Part shown: piece after piece, positions 63,201 through 64,000 of the stretch
Numbering within the stretch: the stretch's first letter is position 1
How the letters are laid out: every line of letters begins with the position of its first letter
Source of the DNA: Bispira polyomma
Taxonomy: Eukaryota
Length of the DNA: 64,000 nt
Direction of reading: 5' to 3'
Assembly (NCBI GenBank): GCA_965649765.1
Contig: OZ287749.1
Span: forward strand, 7,564,001 to 7,628,000
Notes under the pieces: generated by a model
What the model was told of the DNA's origin: nothing
Database searches by the model: none
The model's input: the letters and a program-made list of their open reading frames with translations, nothing else
Program-made: the position numbers and the translations under genes

Positions 63201-64000
63201 TTAGGTGTGAAAAGGTCAGGCGTGAAAAGGTCAGGCGTGAGAAGGTCAGGCGTGAGAAGGTCAGGTTTGAGGAGGTTAGGTGTGAGAAGGTTAGGTGTGA
63301 GAAGGTTAGGAGTGAGAAGGTCAGGTGTGAGAAGGTCAGGTGTGAGAAGGTCAGACGTGAGAAGGTTAGGTGTGAGGAGGTTAGGTGTGAGAAGGTCAGG
63401 TGTGAGAAGGTCAGGTGTGAGATGGTTAGGTGTGAGGTGGTTAGGTGTGAGAAGATCAGGTGTGAGAAGGTTAGGTGTGAGAAGGTTAGGTGTGACAATG
63501 ATTGGAGACTTACTAATAGGTCTTTTGTGATATTTTTATAGTTGGAGTAGATTTTTTATGCACAGTCAAAGGCCTTTAATTCAGGGGTTGTAAATGTGGT
63601 CAAGACCTTGACTGTTAGACTAGTTTTATTACATGTAATTTTTTAATTGTGGAGCTTTTCTACTCTTTGTTTATGAATATATTTTGAATATATGGACAAA
63701 GTTGTATCTAAAGTCACAAATATCAAACTCAAAAAAATATGAACACCATAATTATGATAAACTCTATAAAGTCCCTGAGCTGTTCACTGACCTTTTCACA
63801 AAGTTATAGAAATTTTGGGAGTGGCCCGATAAGAAAGTGTGGGCTGTACTGGGAAAGTTCAAAGTTTTAATCTCCTTATCTCTTATTTTCTTATTTAATT
63901 TCCTTATCTCTTATTAATAGGAGTTGATGAGTCAAGTTGACCTTGGCAGTGGAAAGCTCCGCAGTACGTCTGACCTTGCAGACAAGGTCATTCCGGCCCT
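42..64000 (+). CDS. SYNE1: Giant spectrin-repeat protein, nesprin-1/Msp-300-like (internal portion, 58 exons, about 4,360 aa; 5' and 3' ends outside the window)
   Basis: All exon phases join without stops. Tandem spectrin repeats (W in helix A, heptad Leu). Recurrent GEKLYPxTxxEGRExIRxELR and TLxEKxxQL motifs typical of the Msp-300/nesprin-1 rod. Orthology is by motif recognition, not by search. Confidence 0.88.
421..722 (+). repeat. degenerate ~31-bp tandem repeat of the exon-2 acceptor
   Basis: About 9-10 units of pyrimidine tract + (t)ag + gcggtatttgacc; the last unit is the real acceptor. Confidence 0.8.
710..844 (+). CDS. SYNE1: exon 2 (AVFDHMD...SERWQ)
   Basis: gctag/CAG-gtaaga, 135 nt. 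Confidence 0.9.
1319..1480 (+). CDS. SYNE1: exon 3 (ELQHHAPLRL...LRKHK)
   Basis: tttcag/AAG-gtagaa, 162 nt. Confidence 0.88.
1501..1731 (-). mobile_element. tRNA-derived SINE, family A
   Basis: Reverse complement of the + strand copies; A/B-box-like head; tail gtgacgtaaaacccaa..aaattcaaat. Confidence 0.8.
2274..2494 (+). CDS. SYNE1: exon 4 (AVFEESE...QYNTK)
   Basis: cttcag/AA-gtaagt, 221 nt, ends phase 2. Confidence 0.9.
2703..2811 (+). CDS. SYNE1: exon 5 (LEEFVEW...LAKFQ)
   Basis: tgtag/CAG-gtacat, 109 nt, phase 2-0. Confidence 0.9.
3827..3850 (+). CDS. candidate 24-nt alternative microexon (QMITPRFE)
   Basis: ttaac..ttgattgtag acceptor, GAG-gtaagt donor, phase 0-0 in a phase-0 intron. 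Confidence 0.55.
4580..4843 (+). CDS. SYNE1: exon 6 (NVVQNIE...EDKLA)
   Basis: acacag/GCT-gtaagt, 264 nt. Confidence 0.9.
4815..5198 (+). repeat. ~44-bp tandem repeat (9 copies) of the exon-6 end plus donor
   Basis: tcaaggtcac..aaactggctgtaagt recurs about every 44 nt. Confidence 0.9.
5689..6381 (+). CDS. SYNE1: exon 7 (DDLAMDD...FDQAK)
   Basis: tttcag/AAG-gtatgt, 693 nt. Confidence 0.92.
6777..6943 (+). CDS. SYNE1: exon 8 (VVCSEIF...QAKDR)
   Basis: ctacag/AG-gtacgg, 167 nt, ends phase 2. Confidence 0.9.
7537..7696 (+). CDS. SYNE1: exon 9 (SSSLSSD...YEQHQ)
   Basis: acacag/CAG-gtgtgt, 160 nt. Confidence 0.9.
7716..8600 (+). repeat. 17-bp minisatellite (tagtgaacacctcagaa) with a 166-bp higher-order unit, probably inside a Tc1/mariner-like MITE
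   Basis: About 40 units; the variant block gtacacctttgctagtgagacaaag is at 7820, 7986 and 8152; starts ta-cagtaaaacc. Confidence 0.85.
8876..9187 (+). CDS. SYNE1: exon 10 (VFLGERD...LSLCM)
   Basis: gacag/ATG-gtcagt, 312 nt. Confidence 0.9.
9619..9939 (+). CDS. SYNE1: exon 11 (AVAEECH...AKKLE)
   Basis: tcacag/GAG-gtgggt, 321 nt. Confidence 0.9.
10380..10495 (+). repeat. 15-bp repeat ggataatagagggtc (3' arm of a Tc1-like MITE)
   Basis: About 7 units; same motif as the MITE arms at 13108 and 38739. Confidence 0.65.
10948..11262 (+). CDS. SYNE1: exon 12 (AIEAECK...LADVQ)
   Basis: ccacag/CAG-gtaagg, 315 nt. Confidence 0.9.
12274..12709 (+). CDS. SYNE1: exon 13 (VALIDWD...RVQK)
   Basis: atccag/G-gttagt, 436 nt, ends phase 1. 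Confidence 0.9.
13107..13295. mobile_element. Tc1/mariner-like MITE
   Basis: ta-cagcagaacctctattatcc ... ggataatagtgattttactg-ta inverted termini; relatives at 38739-38890, 45383-45576 and 60164-60303. Confidence 0.65.
13330..13541 (+). CDS. SYNE1: exon 14 (GQSEVEASW...LDQFK)
   Basis: ctgtag/AAG-gtcagt, 212 nt, phase 1-0. Confidence 0.9.
14016..14351 (+). CDS. SYNE1: exon 15 (NAELDLN...LTKYK)
   Basis: tttcag/AAG-gtacaa, 336 nt. Confidence 0.9.
14470..14740 (-). mobile_element. L2/CR1-clade LINE 3' fragment (degenerate RT C-terminus)
   Basis: Minus-strand translation ERIDFKIVLL..NGMAPEYI..YHPARTLRS..LLTVPK..TGDRTF..AP.LWNSLPINIR with stops; this is the characteristic L2 ORF2 tail. Confidence 0.8.
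15264..16072 (+). CDS. SYNE1: exon 16 (SELPSYE...LNTTK)
   Basis: taacag/AA-gtaagt, 809 nt, ends phase 2. Confidence 0.92.
16591..16747 (+). CDS. SYNE1: exon 17 (GRLESNM...LEAFK)
   Basis: ttgtag/AAA-gtgagt, 157 nt. Confidence 0.9.
17086..17460 (+). mobile_element. SINE family A, two tandem copies (head fragment plus near-full copy)
   Basis: cctagtggttagaagc A-box-like, gggtttgaatcc B-box-like, shared tail. Confidence 0.8.
17473..17625 (+). CDS. SYNE1: exon 18 (ITDTDVA...TAVVK)
   Basis: tcacag/AAG-gtgaga, 153 nt. Confidence 0.88.
17981..18145 (+). CDS. SYNE1: exon 19 (EHVSKMS...LENVK)
   Basis: ctctag/AAG-gtaaac, 165 nt. Confidence 0.9.
18632..18958 (+). CDS. SYNE1: exon 20 (ELSHNKD..GEKLYP...LNTYK)
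   Basis: ttgcag/AAG-gtgagt, 327 nt. Confidence 0.92.
18916..19185 (+). repeat. 45-bp tandem repeat (4+ copies) of the exon-20 end plus donor
   Basis: gagtacactgcctgaaaagaaaggggcgttaaatacatacaaggt. Confidence 0.92.
19366..19506 (+). CDS. SYNE1: exon 21 (SLQQDIV...GHAVQ)
   Basis: tttcag/CAG-gtaggg, 141 nt. Confidence 0.9.
19546..19731 (+). mobile_element. SINE family A
   Basis: Same head and tail as the other copies; internal deletion. Confidence 0.8.
19765..19990 (-). mobile_element. interspersed repeat (SINE/LINE 3' part)
   Basis: Reverse complement of 40022-40168; same tail at 16770-16830 and 43050-43125. Confidence 0.6.
20049..20577. mobile_element. two Harbinger-like MITEs flanking a (TA)n tract
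   Basis: ggccgtattctcgaaag...gagaatacggcc-type termini; homologous to 51280-51521. Confidence 0.7.
20616..20780 (+). CDS. SYNE1: exon 22 (DQVRECD...LDRLK)
   Basis: ctatag/AAG-gtaagt, 165 nt. Confidence 0.9.
21367..21690 (+). CDS. SYNE1: exon 23 (ELLPTKQ...VVKYK)
   Basis: ttctag/AAG-gtgagg, 324 nt. Confidence 0.92.
21691..22575 (+). repeat. nested degenerate copies of the exon-23 end plus donor
   Basis: At least 4 copies of gacttggagggggaagtgaag..tataaggtgag and many short aaatataaggtgag units. Confidence 0.85.
23044..23764. mobile_element. hAT-like non-autonomous element with a nested Harbinger-like MITE (23548-23662)
   Basis: tagggctg...cagcccta termini with subterminal actcga motifs; no TSD found. 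Confidence 0.5.
23856..23999 (+). CDS. candidate alternative exon A (EIDHVIRAKQSQFDSLNVK...VMAYR)
   Basis: cctag/AGG-gttggt, 144 nt, phase 0-0. The N-terminal 19 aa align in register with exon 24. GC-rich island in an AT-rich intron. Confidence 0.6.
24186..24473. mobile_element. hAT MITE
   Basis: TAG...CTA termini and a perfect 8-bp TSD gtttatag on both sides. Confidence 0.75.
24916..24996 (+). CDS. candidate alternative terminal exon (MTGAF...QYTS-stop)
   Basis: Consensus branch point TACTAAC (24884-24890), U-rich tract and tttag; in-frame TAA at 24994; AATAAA at 25383 and 25958. Confidence 0.3.
   Translation: MTGAFLEYICFCQRPLLPSNHFQYTS
25027..25345. mobile_element. Harbinger-like MITE
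   Basis: ctgtggccgtattctcgaaaaaa ... tttttctcgagaatactgccgctg inverted termini. Confidence 0.7.
26603..27266 (+). mobile_element. Helentron/HINE-like non-autonomous element
   Basis: ctggtggatac near both ends, internal tttgaccttg motifs, ends ctagtt; classification is inferred. Confidence 0.4.
27330..27441. mobile_element. palindromic MITE (reverse-complement copy of 58247-58359)
   Basis: Long inverted arms gacttagccaagtcttaggc / gcctaagacttggctaagtc. Confidence 0.8.
27496..27695 (+). mobile_element. SINE family A
   Basis: Same head and tail. Confidence 0.8.
28379..28525 (+). CDS. SYNE1: exon 24 (AMQQDLA...RITIK)
   Basis: ttgcag/AAG-gtaggt, 147 nt. Confidence 0.9.
29078..29361 (+). CDS. 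SYNE1: exon 25 (DMIQKWE...RQELR)
   Basis: gtacag/AG-gtgggt, 284 nt, ends phase 2. Confidence 0.9.
29695..29902 (+). CDS. SYNE1: exon 26 (GLREKWE...AQSHK)
   Basis: ttttag/AAG-gttagt, 208 nt. Confidence 0.9.
29912..30100 (+). repeat. degenerate copies of the exon-26 end
   Basis: ggtcaaactacaggctgacc..caggagagaaaaatacagacacagagccacaa. Confidence 0.75.
30622..30804 (+). CDS. SYNE1: exon 27 (VQHQDIL...RFQVQ)
   Basis: ttccag/CAG-gtgtgt, 183 nt. Confidence 0.9.
30733..31100 (+). repeat. 139-bp near-perfect triplication of the exon-27 end plus donor
   Basis: caggaactg at 30733, 30872 and 31011. Confidence 0.92.
31316..31468 (+). CDS. SYNE1: exon 28 (VSEHQSY...DLQYQ)
   Basis: ttgcag/CAG-gtgagt, 153 nt. 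Confidence 0.9.
31818..32126 (+). CDS. SYNE1: exon 29 (IQDAETK...ATRLK)
   Basis: ccgtag/AAG-gtagga, 309 nt. Confidence 0.9.
32600..33247 (+). CDS. SYNE1: exon 30 (TLRTEVE...LQGQK)
   Basis: tatcag/AAG-gtaagg, 648 nt. Confidence 0.92.
33301..33480 (+). repeat. two copies of the exon-30 end plus donor in a G-rich intron start
   Basis: gagatggagggtctagtgaagg..cagggacagaaggtaa. Confidence 0.85.
33977..34129 (+). CDS. SYNE1: exon 31 (GYLHDIS...MDKTR)
   Basis: ttccag/AGG-gtaagt, 153 nt. Confidence 0.9.
34423..34587 (+). CDS. SYNE1: exon 32 (EYIVECE...LDRVK)
   Basis: ttacag/AAG-gttagt, 165 nt. Confidence 0.9.
34986..35182 (+). CDS. SYNE1: exon 33 (DLLSSRP...AVMKR)
   Basis: tttcag/AG-gtgtgt, 197 nt, ends phase 2. 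Confidence 0.9.
35427..35553 (+). CDS. SYNE1: exon 34 (WNEYEAA...VTKFK)
   Basis: tcatag/AAG-gtcagt, 127 nt. Confidence 0.9.
36119..36181 (+). CDS. candidate alternative exon B (EQYKSVEEFSADIDKFSDMEN)
   Basis: ccacag/AAT-gtaagg, 63 nt, phase 0-0. Resembles the helix-B starts of exons 30 and 35. TGCATG lies 17 nt downstream. Confidence 0.65.
36846..36912 (+). CDS. candidate alternative terminal exon (KVLVT-stop) with AATAAA
   Basis: Pyrimidine tract and ttcag, TAG at 36861, AATAAA 36907-36912, U/GU-rich stretch downstream. Confidence 0.35.
37265..37465. mobile_element. Harbinger-like MITE (degenerate)
   Basis: ccgtattcaccaaaggacttagtc start; internal cttagtcttaa repeats. Confidence 0.5.
38206..38410 (+). 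repeat. ~100-bp intronic tandem duplication
   Basis: tgtgctgtct.tcgagaatgtaatgaaagg...gacttaaaaggt twice, near identical. Confidence 0.9.
39360..39705 (+). mobile_element. tRNA-derived SINE, family C (duplicated head)
   Basis: tagtggttagagagtcggtctagtgatcagaaagtccctggttc; homolog at 42847-43125. Confidence 0.65.
39790..39942 (+). CDS. SYNE1: exon 35 (ELLQDIK...LTTAK)
   Basis: ttacag/AAG-gtagga, 153 nt. Confidence 0.9.
40670..40834 (+). CDS. SYNE1: exon 36 (DIVKKCE...QHTIH)
   Basis: cttcag/CAC-gtaagt, 165 nt. Confidence 0.9.
41505..41831 (+). CDS. SYNE1: exon 37 (ALVHEKE..GDKLYP...LQTYR)
   Basis: ttccag/AGG-gtgagt, 327 nt. Confidence 0.92.
42377..42529 (+). CDS. SYNE1: exon 38 (NLAQDVT...CTQSK)
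   Basis: acacag/AAG-gtaaca, 153 nt. Confidence 0.9.
42847..43125 (+). mobile_element. SINE family C
   Basis: Homologous to 39483-39705. Confidence 0.65.
43155..43319 (+). CDS. SYNE1: exon 39 (ERVSVYE...LDRLQ)
   Basis: tttcag/CAG-gtaaga, 165 nt. Confidence 0.9.
43674..44000 (+). repeat. 41-bp G-rich minisatellite (~8 copies)
   Basis: ggggtgagagggtggggcaatggaatgagtcggtggggcaa. Confidence 0.92.
44451..44667 (+). mobile_element. SINE family A
   Basis: Same head and tail. Confidence 0.8.
45204..45212 (+). CDS. candidate 9-nt microexon (RRC)
   Basis: ccccttgttttatccctcatag CGGAGATGT gtaagt; phase 0-0. Confidence 0.55.
46973..46984 (+). CDS. candidate 12-nt microexon (CPCT)
   Basis: About 60-nt AG-free U-rich tract ending atccag, then TGTCCTTGTACT gtaagt; phase 0-0. 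Confidence 0.5.
47339..47503 (+). CDS. SYNE1: exon 40 (DIRKAQS...NGLEE)
   Basis: taacag/GAG-gtaagg, 165 nt. Confidence 0.9.
47536..47810 (+). mobile_element. tRNA-derived SINE, separate family
   Basis: tRNA-like head (gacctagcggcaagagt..caggttcaatgc) followed by tctctacccaggtgtataaattggta, a typical SINE core-like motif. Confidence 0.55.
47872..48030 (+). CDS. SYNE1: exon 41 (TEEQLTL...LQHIK)
   Basis: ttgtag/AAG-gtagga, 159 nt. Confidence 0.9.
48301..48453 (+). CDS. SYNE1: exon 42 (AIHDDLN...ELSVK)
   Basis: tttcag/AAG-gttagt, 153 nt. Confidence 0.9.
49028..49192 (+). CDS. SYNE1: exon 43 (ELVRRWE...LSKLQ)
   Basis: atacag/CAG-gtatta, 165 nt. Confidence 0.9.
49300..49480 (+). repeat. two degenerate upstream copies of the exon-44 acceptor and exon start
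   Basis: ttccaggaag..aacaaagaag..ggtta.tcctccc at 49321 and 49428. Confidence 0.88.
49484..49710 (+). mobile_element. SINE family B (related to A)
   Basis: tggtgtaatggttaa..cacctctg..gtttcgaatc..gggaaagttgg..gttgaaagtgacgttaaaaccc; relatives at 21014-21140 and 54700-54925. Confidence 0.75.
49745..50071 (+). CDS. SYNE1: exon 44 (EVLQNKE...LERVK)
   Basis: ttccag/AAG-gtcagt, 327 nt. Confidence 0.92.
50991..51047 (+). CDS. candidate alternative exon C (GAKRSVSLQESTVQEVTDT) with GC donor
   Basis: gtttag/ACG-gcaagt, 57 nt, phase 0-0; aligns in register with the start of exon 45. Confidence 0.55.
51280..51521. mobile_element. Harbinger-like MITE
   Basis: ctgtggccgtattctcgaaag ... cttttgagaatatggccacag inverted termini. 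Confidence 0.78.
51673..52071. mobile_element. hAT MITE
   Basis: 17-bp TIR tagtgggtaaattgttt / aaacaatttactcacta; 8-bp TSD ggttttat / ggttttac. Confidence 0.8.
53611..53763 (+). CDS. SYNE1: exon 45 (IQSVKVS...RQTAK)
   Basis: tcacag/AAG-gtgggt, 153 nt. Confidence 0.9.
54255..54413 (+). CDS. SYNE1: exon 46 (DLESHCD...AKYQK)
   Basis: ctacag/AAG-gtaggg, 159 nt. Confidence 0.9.
54409..54652 (+). repeat. 29-bp tandem repeat (8 copies) of the exon-46 donor
   Basis: aaaaggtagggggcgctagtgtgtgtaac. Confidence 0.92.
54981..55167 (+). CDS. SYNE1: exon 47 (AGDLAAT...STQL)
   Basis: ttttag/G-gtaagg, 187 nt, ends phase 1. Confidence 0.88.
55452..55597 (+). CDS. SYNE1: exon 48 (ERLLSQW...LNKYK)
   Basis: ttacag/AAG-gtatgt, 146 nt. 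Confidence 0.9.
55580..55905 (+). repeat. ~20-30-bp degenerate tandem repeat of the exon-48 donor
   Basis: tacaaggtatgtgtgtactt recurs about 12 times. Confidence 0.85.
56046..56198 (+). CDS. SYNE1: exon 49 (DYQEEVK...LAYVK)
   Basis: ctgtag/AAG-gtaagg, 153 nt. Confidence 0.9.
56168..56586 (+). repeat. 49-bp tandem repeat (8+ copies) of the exon-49 end plus donor
   Basis: tagatatacagcactgctggcctatgtaaaggtaaggtattgatacagg. Confidence 0.93.
56773..57126 (+). CDS. SYNE1: exon 50 (DTVKKLE...ALETQ)
   Basis: cttcag/CAG-gtgggt, 354 nt. Confidence 0.92.
57538..57672 (+). CDS. SYNE1: exon 51 (LLQWSEF...LQKVK)
   Basis: atgtag/AAG-gtgagc, 135 nt. Confidence 0.9.
58247..58359. mobile_element. palindromic MITE, near-perfect ~113-bp hairpin
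   Basis: ctggggccgtattcacgaagggacttagccaggtcttaggcttaaatc / gatttaagcctaagacctggctaagtccttttgtgaatacagggccag. Confidence 0.85.
58445..58597 (+). CDS. SYNE1: exon 52 (ALYQDIV...KEKVK)
   Basis: cattag/AAG-gtagga, 153 nt. Confidence 0.9.
59065..59450 (+). repeat. ~68-bp tandem repeat (5+ copies) of the exon-53 acceptor and exon start
   Basis: tgttgctatggtaactctctgttgctataggaacaagtctctgtt..aggta. Confidence 0.9.
59421..59585 (+). CDS. SYNE1: exon 53 (EQVSVAE...MDKVK)
   Basis: ctatag/AAG-gtgagt, 165 nt. Confidence 0.9.
60512..60708 (+). CDS. SYNE1: exon 54 (TLKENLS...TCLSR)
   Basis: ctgcag/AG-gtacag, 197 nt, ends phase 2. Confidence 0.9.
61087..61216 (+). CDS. SYNE1: exon 55 (WSHYDEA...YAECQ)
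   Basis: ctgtag/CAG-gtaggg, 130 nt. Confidence 0.9.
62033..62185 (+). CDS. SYNE1: exon 56 (TEHQTVL...LSVAK)
   Basis: ccacag/AAG-gtaagt, 153 nt. Confidence 0.9.
62895..63059 (+). CDS. SYNE1: exon 57 (DQQKRLE...LTRTR)
   Basis: ttacag/CGG-gtaaat, 165 nt. Confidence 0.9.
63090..63495 (+). repeat. 15-bp minisatellite (~27 copies)
   Basis: tgagaaggt(t/c)aggtg. Confidence 0.93.
63921..64000 (+). CDS. SYNE1: exon 58, partial (ELMSQVDLGSGK...)
   Basis: taatag acceptor; open to the window end. Confidence 0.85.

Noticed and set aside
63046-63530. 150-aa (SHLTF)n and 145-aa (GVRRL/S)n ORFs
   Set aside because: Translations of a 15-bp intronic minisatellite; no splice or start context.
42-64000. Alternative identity as dystrophin, MACF1/shot or spectrin
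   Set aside because: About 40 repeats without interrupting domains and the GEKLYP two-repeat periodicity fit Msp-300/nesprin-1 better. A BLASTP of the joined protein would settle it.

Overview
Eukaryotic (animal) genomic DNA, probably a lophotrochozoan such as a mollusc or annelid (inferred only from repeat families and intron style). The whole window lies inside one + strand gene encoding a giant spectrin-repeat rod protein of the nesprin-1/Msp-300 (SYNE1-like) family. I traced 58 GT-AG exons whose phases join into one uninterrupted ORF of about 13.1 kb (about 4,360 aa, roughly 40 spectrin repeats). No start, stop, CH or KASH domain is inside the window. From about 17 kb onward the exons follow a 153/165/~327-nt cycle (a two-repeat unit) with a four-repeat super-period. 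Introns contain tRNA-derived SINEs, hAT-, Harbinger- and Tc1-like MITEs, an L2 LINE fragment and minisatellites. Three things stand out. (1) More than 20 splice donors and about 7 acceptors are echoed into the flanking intron as tandem copies of the exon edge plus its splice site, and some echoes form new in-frame AG...GT mini-exons. (2) Three of the four longest introns each hide a frame-preserving exon that is an in-register paralog of the start of the next helix-B exon, followed by candidate stop/polyA exons. This could be a ladder of alternative exits or mutually exclusive exons. (3) There are candidate 9-, 12- and 24-nt microexons; two of them together would insert RRCCPCT. Nearly all ORF-track entries other than the exons are spurious.
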